DNA of 32,000 nt from Geobacter metallireducens GS-15. Its GTDB lineage: Bacteria > Desulfobacterota > Desulfuromonadia > Geobacterales > Geobacteraceae. Made by a program: the position numbers and the translations under genes. The notes under the pieces were generated by a model. It was not told the DNA's origin, ran no database searches, and saw only the letters and a list, made by a program, of their open reading frames with translations. Position 1 is the stretch's first letter; every line of letters begins with the position of its first letter. The stretch lies in assembly GCF_000012925.1 (NCBI RefSeq), contig NC_007517.1, positions 2,400,001-2,432,000 on the forward strand, read 5' to 3'. Shown piece after piece: positions 1 to 8,540 of the stretch.

Positions 1-158
1 CTTCCCCAACTGGGCTCGGCATTGGGGGGGGCCATCAGAAACTTCCGAAAAGGGACGGAAGAGCCGACGGTTGTAAATCGCCAGAACAAAGAAAATCATG
101 AAACCGCCGAAAGACACGAAAAAATCTAACATAATGCTTTATTTTTCACTATTTCCCG

Positions 159-187
159 TTGACATGACCTCCCCTTGCGGTTATCTT
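159..187 (+). promoter_or_regulatory. sigma-70-type promoter of the marR-like gene
   Basis: -35 TTGACA at 159-164, a 17-nt spacer, then -10 TATCTT at 182-187. It lies 23 nt upstream of the ATG at 210 and overlaps the 15-nt operator-like element at 182-196. Confidence 0.5.
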
Positions 188-196
188 GTATGCAAG
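182..196. promoter_or_regulatory. candidate MarR operator, copy 1 (TATCTTGTATGCAAG)
   Basis: Exact reverse complement of the 15-mer at 649-663. It overlaps the -10 hexamer of the marR-like promoter. Confidence 0.5.
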
Positions 197-209
197 AGGA
201 TTTATTGAG

Positions 210-623
210 ATGATTTCATATCGGGACCACATAGTATTCTTGATCGCCAAGGCCCATCAACGGGCCCAGGGAGCCCTTAAGGGACACCTTCTCCCCTTTG
301 GTCTCACCCCCATGCAGTGCCTTTTTCTGGAGGCCCTCATGGAGGAGGATGGGCTTTCGGTGGGAGAGATCGGCCGGCGCATAGCCCTGGATACCGCCAC
401 CCTTGCGGGAATTCTCGACCGCATGGTCACGGCCGGCTGGGTCAGGCGCGAGACCGACTCCCAGGACGCCCGGGTGGCGCGGGTCTATCTGACGGAGAAG
501 GCAGCGGCGGCCATTCCGGAGCTGTCAGCAAGCATTGAACGAACAAACGATGAGCTCATGCGGAACTTTTCCCTTGAGGAAAAACTTCTGATGAAACGGT
601 TCCTTCGGGATTTCCGGGAATAA
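210..623 (+). CDS. MarR family transcriptional regulator
   Basis: ORF 186..623. I prefer the ATG at 210, preceded by AGAGGA at 195-200, over the TTG at 186. The protein shows a MarR winged-HTH pattern (LTPMQCLFLEALMEEDGLSVGEIGRRIALDTATLAGILDRMVTAGWVRR ... DARVARVYLTEKA). Confidence 0.85.
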   Translation: MISYRDHIVFLIAKAHQRAQGALKGHLLPFGLTPMQCLFLEALMEEDGLSVGEIGRRIALDTATLAGILDRMVTAGWVRRETDSQDARVARVYLTEKAAAAIPELSASIERTNDELMRNFSLEEKLLMKRFLRDFRE

Positions 624-648
624 GAATGATTTTCTTTTAACCTAACAC

Positions 649-663
649 CTTGCATACAAGATA
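649..663. promoter_or_regulatory. candidate MarR operator, copy 2 (CTTGCATACAAGATA)
   Basis: Exact inverted copy of 182-196. It sits 44 nt upstream of the hydroxylase FAD-subunit start (707), in the 83-nt gap after marR. Confidence 0.5.
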
Positions 664-706
664 TCCGCATAGGGCAAGGACCATCATCAATGTGAGGAGA
701 TACACC

Positions 707-1576
707 ATGTACATGCCCGATTTTGAGTACCATACTCCGGAGACTCTGACCGAGGCCTGCGCGCTCCTGGACGAACTGGGAGAACAGGCCACGGTCCTGG
801 CCGGGGGAACCGATGTCCTCCACAAGATGAAGGTGGGTAAACTGGCGCCGGGGCATCTGGTATCGCTCAAAAACCTGGACGACCTTCGCACCATCAGCCA
901 CGAGCCGGGGCGCGGCATCGTCATGGGAGCCCTGACCAGCCACAATGCCATCTACACCTCGCGTCTGCTCCAGAAACGCTACCTGTCCCTCCCCATGGCG
1001 GCCCACACCATGGCCTCCAACCAGATCTGCAACATGGGAACCGTGGGCGGTAACATCGTCAACGGCGTCCCTTCCGCCGACCTCCCTCCGATCCTCATTG
1101 CCCTCAACGCCTCGATACGGCTGGTTTCCAGCAAAGGGGAGCGAACCATGCCCCTGGAAGACTTCTTCCATGGCTCGGCCGAGACGGTGATCGCTCCGGG
1201 CGAGTTGCTGGCCGACATCACCATCCCGGACCAGCCGACCACCGGGAGCACCTACATGAAATTCGGCCTGCGCCGCTCCGGTGCTCTAGCGGTTGTTGGG
1301 GTAGCGGTGTCGGTTACGGTGAAAGGTGACATCCTGGAAGACGTCCGGATCGTTCTCGCTTCGGCGGCGCCAACGGTAATGCGCGCTCGGAAGGCAGAGG
1401 ACCGGCTGAGGGGGAAAAAGATCAGCGACGAATTGCTGGCCGAAGCCGGGGAGGAGGCAGCGGCGGAAAGCCGTCCCCGGGACAGCATCCGGGGTTCCGC
1501 CGAATATCGCCGGAACTTGGTCGGAGTGCTCACCAAACGGGCGCTGCGCAAAGCAATCGACGAAGGCCACTCGTAA
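707..1576 (+). CDS. molybdenum hydroxylase (xanthine dehydrogenase/CO dehydrogenase family) FAD-binding medium subunit
   Basis: ORF 650..1576. The ATG at 707 lies 7 nt after GAGGAG (694-699). CoxM/XdhB-like features: F.YH.P.TL.EA..LL N-terminus, LAGGTDV, GTVGGNI. About 289 aa with only two Cys, so there is no extra Fe-S binding loop. Confidence 0.85.
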   Translation: MYMPDFEYHTPETLTEACALLDELGEQATVLAGGTDVLHKMKVGKLAPGHLVSLKNLDDLRTISHEPGRGIVMGALTSHNAIYTSRLLQKRYLSLPMAAHTMASNQICNMGTVGGNIVNGVPSADLPPILIALNASIRLVSSKGERTMPLEDFFHGSAETVIAPGELLADITIPDQPTTGSTYMKFGLRRSGALAVVGVAVSVTVKGDILEDVRIVLASAAPTVMRARKAEDRLRGKKISDELLAEAGEEAAAESRPRDSIRGSAEYRRNLVGVLTKRALRKAIDEGHS

Positions 1577-1588
1577 GGAGGTAAATAT

Positions 1589-2104
1589 ATGTTGCAGTCA
1601 ATAACCGACAAAGACGGAGTGAAGCGTTACCTGATCACCCTGAAGGTGAATGGGGATGCGAAGACCGTGCTGGTAAAGGGAAACGCCATCCTGACCAATG
1701 TGCTGCGCGACCACCTGGACCTGACCGGCACCAAGAAGGGGTGCGAGCTGGGGGACTGCGGTTCGTGCACCGTTCTGCTGGACGGCAAACCGGTGGATTC
1801 GTGCCTGATGCTGGCCGTTGAGGCAGACGGCCGGGAGATCACCACCATCGAAGGGGTTGCCGCCAACGGGGCACTGGACGCCATTCAGGAGTCCATGATC
1901 AACCACGCCGCCGTGCAGTGCGGCTACTGCACCCCTGGCATGGTCCTCTCCGCCAAGGCACTTCTGACCCGCAACCCGCATCCCACGGAACCGGAGGTTC
2001 GGGAGGCCATTGCCGGCAATCTCTGCCGCTGCACCGGCTACGTTCATATCGTCGAGGCCGTTCTGGCCGCATCCCAAGGGCGAACTGCGCCGGCCGAGCA
2101 TTAA
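1589..2104 (+). CDS. molybdenum hydroxylase [2Fe-2S]-binding small subunit
   Basis: Both cluster motifs are visible: CELGDCGSCTVLLDGKPVDSC (plant-type) and CGYCTPG...CRCTGY. AGGAGG lies upstream of the ATG. Confidence 0.9.
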   Translation: MLQSITDKDGVKRYLITLKVNGDAKTVLVKGNAILTNVLRDHLDLTGTKKGCELGDCGSCTVLLDGKPVDSCLMLAVEADGREITTIEGVAANGALDAIQESMINHAAVQCGYCTPGMVLSAKALLTRNPHPTEPEVREAIAGNLCRCTGYVHIVEAVLAASQGRTAPAEH

Positions 2105-2116
2105 GGAGAACAACAG

Positions 2117-4423
2117 ATGAGCGACAATCATAAAGTCATCGGCCGCAGCGTTCCCCGCATCGACGGGCCCGAGAAGGTAACCGGCGCGGCAAAGTATACC
2201 GGGGATCTCAAGTTCCCCAACATGCTCTACGGCAAGATCCTCACCAGCCCCCATGCCCACGCCAGGATCATCTCCATCGACACCTCCGAGGCGGAGAAGC
2301 TGCCGGGGGTGAAGGCGGTCATCACCCACAAGGATGTGCCGGAGCTGAAGTATGGCCTGAGCCCGGCCCGGTGGGACGAAAACATCTTCTGCATCGACAA
2401 GGTGCGCTTCGTCGGCGACAAGGTGGCGGCGGTCGCCTGCGTAGACGAGGATACCTGCTACCGGGCCATGAAGCTCATCAAGGTGGAATACGAAGAGCTC
2501 CCCGCAGTGCTCGATTTCCGTCACGCCATGGACGAGGGGCAGCCTCTGGTCCACGAGGAGTACGAGCGGAACATCAACACCGAGATTCACCAGGAGTTCG
2601 GCGACGTGGCAAAGGCCCTGGCAGAGGCCCACCATGTCCGTACCGACGTCTTCGTGGGCCAGCGGACCTATCAGGCCCCCATCGAGCCCCACTCCGCCAT
2701 CTCCATGTGGGAAGGGGAAAAACTCACCATCTATTCCAGCACCCAGTCCCCCCACTACTTCCAGTACTACATCGCCCGGGAGTTCGGCATGCCCATGGGG
2801 GACGTGCGGATCATCAAGCCATACCTGGGGGGAGGTTTCGGCGGCAAGCTGGAGCCCACGGGCCTGGAGTTTGCCGGAGCGGTGCTGGCGAAGCGGACCG
2901 GCCGGCCGGTGCGGACCTTCTACGACCGGGCCGAAATGTTTGCCCACAACCGGGGGCGCCACGCCCAGTACATGGAGATCACCACCGGGGTGGACAAGGA
3001 CGGCAAGATCCTGGCCGCCAAGGCCAACTTCATCATGGACGGCGGCGCCTACACGAGCCTCGGGATCGCCAGCGCCTACTACGCCGGCGCGCTCCTTCCC
3101 ATGACCTACGAATTCGACAACTACCAGTTCGACATGTTCCGGGTCTACACCAACCTCCCCGCCTGCGGCGCCCAGCGGGGCCACGGCGCTCCCCAGCCCA
3201 AGTACGCCTTCGAGAGCCATCTGGACAACGTGGCCGCCGACCTGGGGATCGACCCCATGGACATCCGGATCCGCAATGCCCGCCGTCCCGACACCGTCAC
3301 CCCCAATGACTTCCGGGTCAACTCCTGCATGATGCGGGAGTGCCTGGAACAGGTCCGGCAGATCTCGGACTGGGACGAGAAAAAGAAAAACCTCCCCCAC
3401 GGACGCGGCATCGGCGTCGCCACCGGCAGCTTCGTCACCGGCGCGGGGTACCCCATCTACCGCACCGACCTCCCCCACGCCGCCGCCTTCATCAAGGTGC
3501 ATGAGGACGGCACCGCAGCCACCCTCTACACCGGCTCTGTCGACATCGGCCAGGGATCTGATACCATTCTCTGTCAGATGGCGGCCGAGGCCATGGGGTA
3601 TCGCTACGAGCAGATGAAGATCGTGGCCGCCGACACGGAGATCACACCGCTCGATTTCGGCGCCTACGCCAGCCGCCAGACCTACATGTCAGGGGCGGCC
3701 GTCAAGCAGGCGGGGGAAGAGGTCAAGAAGCAGCTCCTCGACCTGGCGTCGACCATGCTTTCCCTCCCTGCCGACGACCTTGAGTGCGCGGAAGGGGTTA
3801 TTTTCTCCAAGTCGCGGGAAGGGAAGACACTGACGTTCGAGGAAGTGGCACGGAAACACTTCGTCCTCAAGGGCCCGCTCCTGGGACGCGGCGCCTACAC
3901 GCCGCCGAAACTTGGCGGAAGCTTCAAGGGGGCCGCGGTCGGCACGTCGCCCGCCTACAGCTTCGGCGCCCAGGTGGGAGAGGTTTCCATCGACGAGGAA
4001 ACGGGAGAAATCACCGTGGTGGGCATCTGGGACGTCCACGACTGCGGCAAGGTCATCAACCCGCGGCTGCTCCACGGCCAGGTCCACGGCGCCCTCTACA
4101 TGGGGATGGGGGAATCGGTCTGGGAAGAGGTGCTCTTCGACGACAAGGGACGGATCAAGAATGCGGAACTGGCCAATTACCGGCTCCTCACCGCCGTGGA
4201 CATGCCCCCCATCCAGTCGGAGGTGGTGAACAGCTACGAACCGACCGGGCCGTGGGGGGTGAAGGAAGTGGGCGAAGGGGCCACCAACCCTACCCTGGGG
4301 ATGTTCAGCAATGCCATCTTCGACGCCATGGGGGTCAGGGTGAACAGTCTGCCGCTCACCTACGAGAAGGTCTGGCGGGCACTGAAGGAAAAGCGGGAGC
4401 GGGAAGAGACCAAGGCGGCATAA
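2117..4423 (+). CDS. molybdenum hydroxylase molybdopterin-binding large subunit (aldehyde oxidase/xanthine dehydrogenase family)
   Basis: 768 aa. N-terminal GRSVPRIDGPEKVTGAAKYTGD (a/b hammerhead start). Also GAQRGHGAPQ, GSVDIGQGSDT and a C-terminal GVKEVGEGA (catalytic Glu region). AAGGAGA RBS. Confidence 0.9.
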   Translation: MSDNHKVIGRSVPRIDGPEKVTGAAKYTGDLKFPNMLYGKILTSPHAHARIISIDTSEAEKLPGVKAVITHKDVPELKYGLSPARWDENIFCIDKVRFVGDKVAAVACVDEDTCYRAMKLIKVEYEELPAVLDFRHAMDEGQPLVHEEYERNINTEIHQEFGDVAKALAEAHHVRTDVFVGQRTYQAPIEPHSAISMWEGEKLTIYSSTQSPHYFQYYIAREFGMPMGDVRIIKPYLGGGFGGKLEPTGLEFAGAVLAKRTGRPVRTFYDRAEMFAHNRGRHAQYMEITTGVDKDGKILAAKANFIMDGGAYTSLGIASAYYAGALLPMTYEFDNYQFDMFRVYTNLPACGAQRGHGAPQPKYAFESHLDNVAADLGIDPMDIRIRNARRPDTVTPNDFRVNSCMMRECLEQVRQISDWDEKKKNLPHGRGIGVATGSFVTGAGYPIYRTDLPHAAAFIKVHEDGTAATLYTGSVDIGQGSDTILCQMAAEAMGYRYEQMKIVAADTEITPLDFGAYASRQTYMSGAAVKQAGEEVKKQLLDLASTMLSLPADDLECAEGVIFSKSREGKTLTFEEVARKHFVLKGPLLGRGAYTPPKLGGSFKGAAVGTSPAYSFGAQVGEVSIDEETGEITVVGIWDVHDCGKVINPRLLHGQVHGALYMGMGESVWEEVLFDDKGRIKNAELANYRLLTAVDMPPIQSEVVNSYEPTGPWGVKEVGEGATNPTLGMFSNAIFDAMGVRVNSLPLTYEKVWRALKEKREREETKAA

Positions 4424-4444
4424 AAACGGCAGCAGGAGTCAGCC

Positions 4445-5206
4445 ATGTGGGACTGGATCGGAAAACTCGATGAACTGCGACGCAGCAACCAGCTGGCGGT
4501 GCTGGTGACGGTGACGAAGAGCAGCGGCTCCACGCCGCGCAAGCACGGGGCAAAGATGATCGTCCTTCCCGACGGGACCTTCTACGGCACCGTGGGGGGC
4601 GGGACTCCCGAGTACTACGCGCTGGAAGATGCCCGCGCCTGCTTCGAGACCATGCAGAGCACCACGAGCAGCGTCCCCCTCAAGCAGCGGGGAGAGTTCC
4701 CCGCCTGCGGCGGCACCATGGAGTTCTATATGGAAGTGATCAACGACAACCCGGTCCTCCACCTCTTCGGCGCCGGGCATATCGGCCAGTCCCTCTGCCA
4801 GATCCTCGACGGAACCCCCTTCCGCATCCATCTCATCGACGAGCGGGAGGAGTGGATTAACGCCCCCAACCTGCCGGGAAGCGTCATCCGCCACCAGCGC
4901 CACTACAGCGACTTCATCGAAAAAGCCATCTGGTGCGACAAGCGGACCTTCGTCGCCATCCAGACCTTCAGCGGCACCCTGGATCAGCAGGTTCTGGAAG
5001 AGGTGCTGCCGAACCCCACCCGCTACGTGGGGATGATCGGCAGCAAAGCCAAGTGGGCAAAGGTCCGGAGCAACCTGGAGGAAAAGGGGCTGGACCTCTC
5101 CGCGGTCCGGTGCCCCATCGGTCACGACAACGGCGGCAACTCGCCCCGGGAAATCGCCATCAGCATCGCCAGCCAGCTTCTTTCCACCTACTACGGGCGG
5201 GAGTGA
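4445..5206 (+). CDS. xdhC: XdhC/CoxI family molybdenum-cofactor insertion accessory protein
   Basis: N-terminal XdhC_CoxI pattern (LAVLVTVTKSSGSTPRKHGAKMIV..DG...GTVGGG). Rossmann-like C-domain (LHLFGAGHIGQSL). Positioned directly after the large subunit. Confidence 0.85.
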   Translation: MWDWIGKLDELRRSNQLAVLVTVTKSSGSTPRKHGAKMIVLPDGTFYGTVGGGTPEYYALEDARACFETMQSTTSSVPLKQRGEFPACGGTMEFYMEVINDNPVLHLFGAGHIGQSLCQILDGTPFRIHLIDEREEWINAPNLPGSVIRHQRHYSDFIEKAIWCDKRTFVAIQTFSGTLDQQVLEEVLPNPTRYVGMIGSKAKWAKVRSNLEEKGLDLSAVRCPIGHDNGGNSPREIAISIASQLLSTYYGRE

Positions 5207-5212
5207 ACCACC

Positions 5213-6019
5213 ATGAAACGGTTGACGGAACGCGTCATCATCATGAAGGGAGCGGGAGAAATGGCTACCGGTGTGGCTTGCCGGCTCCATCGGTCAGGGT
5301 TCCGGCGTATCCTCATGCTGGAAGCCCCTTCCCCTCTCGCGGTCAGACGGGGGGTTTCCTTCTGCGAAGCCATCCATAACGGCAGGAAATCGGTGGAGGG
5401 GATAGAGGCAGTCAGGATCGAAAACGGATCCGCCCTGGCCGATGCCTGGGGAAAGGGGGAAATTCCCCTGCTGGCCGACCCGCAAGGGGATGCCGTGCGC
5501 CGCATGGAACCCGACATCCTCATCGATGCAACGATAGCCAAGCGGAATCTCGGCATTGCCATCACCGACGCGCCGCTCGTGATCGCCCTGGGTCCCGGCT
5601 TCTTTGCCGGCAGGGACTGCCATCTGGTGATTGAAACCAACCGGGGCCACAATCTGGGGCGGCTTATCGCCTGTGGCGAGGCGGAGCCCAACACCGGCAT
5701 CCCCGGCAACATCGGCGGTTATACCAGGGAGCGGGTTCTCCGCGCGCCGGCCGACGGCCACTTCACGACCGAAAAGGTGATCGGCGACCAGGTCAGCAAG
5801 GGGGATGTGGTCGGCATCGTCGGCACCAACACGGTTACGGCTTCCATCGACGGCATCCTGCGGGGGCTGATACGGCCCGGCACCCATGTCACGACCGGCC
5901 TCAAGATCGGCGATATCGATCCCCGTGGGGATACGGCCTATTGCCATACCATTTCGGAGAAGGCCCGCGCCCTTGGCGGGTCGGTGCTGGAAGCGATACT
6001 TACCGTCTACAACCAGTGA
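5213..6019 (+). CDS. yqeB: selenium-dependent molybdenum hydroxylase system protein, YqeB/EF2563 family
   Basis: About 268 aa. The N-terminal IIMKGAGEMATGVACRLHRSGFR..LMLE....AVRR.VSF.EA...G...VEG matches my memory of the EF2563/YqeB C-terminal family. It is followed directly by yqeC. Family assignment is by eye only. Confidence 0.7.
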   Translation: MKRLTERVIIMKGAGEMATGVACRLHRSGFRRILMLEAPSPLAVRRGVSFCEAIHNGRKSVEGIEAVRIENGSALADAWGKGEIPLLADPQGDAVRRMEPDILIDATIAKRNLGIAITDAPLVIALGPGFFAGRDCHLVIETNRGHNLGRLIACGEAEPNTGIPGNIGGYTRERVLRAPADGHFTTEKVIGDQVSKGDVVGIVGTNTVTASIDGILRGLIRPGTHVTTGLKIGDIDPRGDTAYCHTISEKARALGGSVLEAILTVYNQ

Positions 6020-6029
6020 GCCATGGACC

Positions 6030-6812
6030 ATGGAAAATTTCGCCGAAATAGTGGGTATCGGACCTGCGGGAGTGATAAGCATCACCGGCGGAGGCGGCAA
6101 AACGAGCCTCATGTTCCACCTTGCCAGACAACTGGCCTACTCCGGCAAAAGGGTTCTGACAACGACCACCACCAAGATCCTCGCCCCTTCGGTCGAGGAG
6201 TCAAGGACGCTCCTCATCTCCCAGGACCCGCAGGTCATCCTCCGCCATGCCAAAGCCCATCCCGGCCCCGGCGTGCATGTTTCGGCGGCAGCCGGCCATA
6301 TCCCCCATACCGAAAAACTGCAGGGATTTCCCCGTGAAGCGATCCGCACCTTCGAGGATTCGGGAGAGTTCGACTGGGTCGTCGTGGAAGCCGACGGCGC
6401 GGCCCGGAAGCCGCTGAAGGCACCGGCAGCCCATGAGCCGGTCATCCCCGGCAACAGCACCATTGTCGTCGCCCTGGCCGGGCTTGAGGTGCTTGGCAGG
6501 CCCCTGGGGGAGGAGATGGTCTTCCGGTCGGAACTGGCGGGGGAACTGATGCAGATCCCCCAGGGCGAAACCATAACCGTGCCGGCCCTGGCGCGCCTTC
6601 TGGCGCACCCTTCAGGGGGCTTCAAAGGGGCTCCGCCCCAAGCGCGCCGCTTCATCTTCCTCAACAAGGCGGATACGCCCGAACTGCAGGAAAAGGGAGG
6701 GGAAGTCGCGCTCCAGCTCAAGGAGATCGCGCCTTCCGTTGCCGAAGCGGTCATCGTGGGGCAACTGCGGCAGGAGATCACCCTGCACCGGGTCTATCCG
6801 AGGGGAGAGTAA
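6030..6812 (+). CDS. yqeC: selenium cofactor biosynthesis accessory protein YqeC
   Basis: ORF 5886..6812, whose 5' part overlaps yqeB. The ATG at 6030 gives MENFAEIVGIGPAGVISITGGGGKTSLMFHLA, the P-loop-like GGGGKT start typical of YqeC. A later VVVEADGA motif is also present. Confidence 0.75.
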   Translation: MENFAEIVGIGPAGVISITGGGGKTSLMFHLARQLAYSGKRVLTTTTTKILAPSVEESRTLLISQDPQVILRHAKAHPGPGVHVSAAAGHIPHTEKLQGFPREAIRTFEDSGEFDWVVVEADGAARKPLKAPAAHEPVIPGNSTIVVALAGLEVLGRPLGEEMVFRSELAGELMQIPQGETITVPALARLLAHPSGGFKGAPPQARRFIFLNKADTPELQEKGGEVALQLKEIAPSVAEAVIVGQLRQEITLHRVYPRGE

Positions 6813-7420
6813 TGGAGGCCCGTCCCAGGGTTGCCGGGATTGTCCTCGCCGCCGGCAAGAGCACCCGCATGGGGCGGCCAAAGCAGCTCCTCCCCTTCCG
6901 GGGCCGGACCGTTCTGGAATGTGTCGTCGACAATGCCCTTGCCTCACGCCTCCACCGCGTTGTCGTGGTGCTCGGCCACGAGGCGGAGGCCGTCATGCCG
7001 CTTCTTGGGCACCGGTGCGTCACAACCGTCGTAAACCCCTTGTACGGTGAGGGTCAGAGCTCGTCGCTGAAGGCGGGCCTGGGGGCGATGACCGAAGAGA
7101 CCGATGCCGCCCTCTTTCTCCTGGGCGACCAACCCCTCGTCACCGCCGACACCATCAACCTTCTCATCGCCGCCTTCGCCGACTTCCCCTCCCCCATCGT
7201 CATCCCCACCTTTGAAGGCCACAGGGGAAATCCGGTCCTCTTCAGCCGGGAGACCTTCCCCCGCATCGAGGCGTTGAGCGGAGATCGCGGCGCCAGGGGG
7301 CTCTTCCGGGAGTATGGCGATGATATCCGCAGCATCGACGTGCGAACCCCGGCTATCCTCTTCGATCTGGATACGGAGGAGGATTACCTCCGCCTGTTGC
7401 GGGAATTCCCCGCGGTGTAA
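6812..7420 (+). CDS. mocA: MobA/MocA-like molybdenum cofactor nucleotidyltransferase (probable cytidylyltransferase)
   Basis: AGIVLAAGKSTRMGRPKQLLPF, followed by LLGDQPLV, is typical of MocA/YgfJ. The ATG overlaps the yqeC TAA by 1 nt (TAATG). Confidence 0.85.
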   Translation: MEARPRVAGIVLAAGKSTRMGRPKQLLPFRGRTVLECVVDNALASRLHRVVVVLGHEAEAVMPLLGHRCVTTVVNPLYGEGQSSSLKAGLGAMTEETDAALFLLGDQPLVTADTINLLIAAFADFPSPIVIPTFEGHRGNPVLFSRETFPRIEALSGDRGARGLFREYGDDIRSIDVRTPAILFDLDTEEDYLRLLREFPAV

Positions 7421-7475
7421 GCCCAACTCCCCGCTCATTGCCGCCGAACCCTCTTAAGCACCCCGGCCACACTTG

Positions 7476-8540
7476 TCAGTCACGACAAAAACCAGCACCG
7501 CCATTGACAGCTCGCACCCCCCTGACACTGCGGTAGCGGTTGATCCCTTCTCCATCGAGCCTCGCCTCCAGCCTGCCGCGGCACGCCAGATAGCGCACGT
7601 GGGAAAGGCATTCCCCCAGCGCCAGCTGCAGATCAAAGTCCCCCAATGAGAAGGAGTAGAGCACCTTCACCAGCTCATAAGCGGACAGTTCACTGCCGGC
7701 ACAGGCATCCACTATCACCTGGGACCGGCGCCGGTGATGACCCCGTAACTCCGCGACCCTTTTCCTCGCCCCGCGGAAGGGGAGCCCGTGCCCCGGGAGC
7801 ACAAGGACGTCGTCGGGGATTGTCGCGAGACGGTCGAGAGATGCAAGCCAATGGCTGAGGGGGTCGTCCTCCGGATTCATGACGCTGACCGAGACGTTGG
7901 TGGAGATGCTCGGCAGGAGTTGGTCCCCGGAGATGAGAATTTTACGCACCTTCGAAAGCAGCAGTGCATGCTCGGGGGAATGTCCCCGGCCGACAATGAC
8001 CTGCCACTCCTCGTCCAGCGGCAGGTGGCTGCGATCCTGCAAACGGACGAAGGAGAGAGGCATGGGGGATATCTCGCGGGCAAAGTCGAACATCACCAGC
8101 GTCTGGGGCAACAGTTCCTGCGGGAAGCCTGCCCGTTGGAAAAATTCGACATGCTGCCACGGCACCTCTTGGGGAAGGTCCGGCCACCCCAGCAGGGTGT
8201 AATACTCCTCGTAGGTCATGAAGAGGGGAACCCGCCAGCGCTCCGTCAGGTAGCCGGCCAGCCCCAGGTGATCCACGTGGTAATGGGTGCAGTACACCCC
8301 CACCACCTTTTCACCGGCAAGGGGCCCGGAAAATACCTCCTCCCATATTCTCCGCGCCTCGGGCGAATCGAGCCCCGTGTCCACAATGAGCCACCCTCCC
8401 GCAACCCGCACCAGGTAGATATTCACGTGGTCAGGGGCGTAGGTCACCGGCATGCGCAGCCATCTGACATCAGGGCCAATCTCCACCAGCTCGCCATCCG
8501 AGTGGGGAGGAGAATACGGAAAGGTCATGGATAGCATCAT
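7476..8540 (-). CDS. MBL-fold metallo-hydrolase with C-terminal helical/winged-helix-like extension
   Basis: HxHxDH motif (THYHVDHLG). Downstream H (GRGHSPEH) and D/H (LISGD, LPGHG) ligands. Its start overlaps the upstream gene stop in an ATGA junction at 8537-8540. Confidence 0.8.
   Translation of the reverse strand: MMLSMTFPYSPPHSDGELVEIGPDVRWLRMPVTYAPDHVNIYLVRVAGGWLIVDTGLDSPEARRIWEEVFSGPLAGEKVVGVYCTHYHVDHLGLAGYLTERWRVPLFMTYEEYYTLLGWPDLPQEVPWQHVEFFQRAGFPQELLPQTLVMFDFAREISPMPLSFVRLQDRSHLPLDEEWQVIVGRGHSPEHALLLSKVRKILISGDQLLPSISTNVSVSVMNPEDDPLSHWLASLDRLATIPDDVLVLPGHGLPFRGARKRVAELRGHHRRRSQVIVDACAGSELSAYELVKVLYSFSLGDFDLQLALGECLSHVRYLACRGRLEARLDGEGINRYRSVRGVRAVNGGAGFCRD

Noticed and set aside
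1-99. Possible start of a - strand gene at 99 (MIFFVLAIYNRRLF..., open to the window edge), or the last ~24 codons of a + strand gene ending at TAA 74-76.
   Set aside because: Only about 33 codons are visible, with no recognisable motif and a weak RBS. An open frame of this length is common by chance in GC-rich DNA, so neither reading can be supported.
650-706. Longer N-terminal extensions offered by the ORF track. These are 186 (marR), 650 (FAD subunit), 5886 (yqeC), 10650 (ligase), 12322 (membrane protein), 19268 (porin), 20249 (lipoprotein), 24254 (etfB), 26403 and 28671 (oxidases) and 30456 (cytochrome).
   Set aside because: In each case an internal ATG is preceded at 5-9 nt by a Shine-Dalgarno sequence and begins the recognisable protein or signal peptide. 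The extensions overlap the upstream gene or AT-rich promoter DNA. Start choices remain predictions.
624-706. Possible Moco riboswitch or sigma-54 promoter in front of the hydroxylase operon.
   Set aside because: The gap is only 83 nt, too short for the ~130-nt Moco motif. The TTGCA at 650-654 has no GG 12 nt upstream.
1598-3502. Very long antisense ORFs. Examples: 1598..3502 (-), 8594..10213 (+), 11268..12281 (-), 12307..13656 (-), 13803..15392 (+), 17199..18305 (+), 18525..19634 (+), 20961..22352 (+), 24811..26661 (+), 28585..29472 (+).
   Set aside because: Each lies opposite a gene with clear family motifs. Their translations are Gly/Arg/Ala/Pro/His-rich and low in complexity. They lack RBS context. 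They are the expected stop-codon-poor shadow frames of GC-rich coding DNA.
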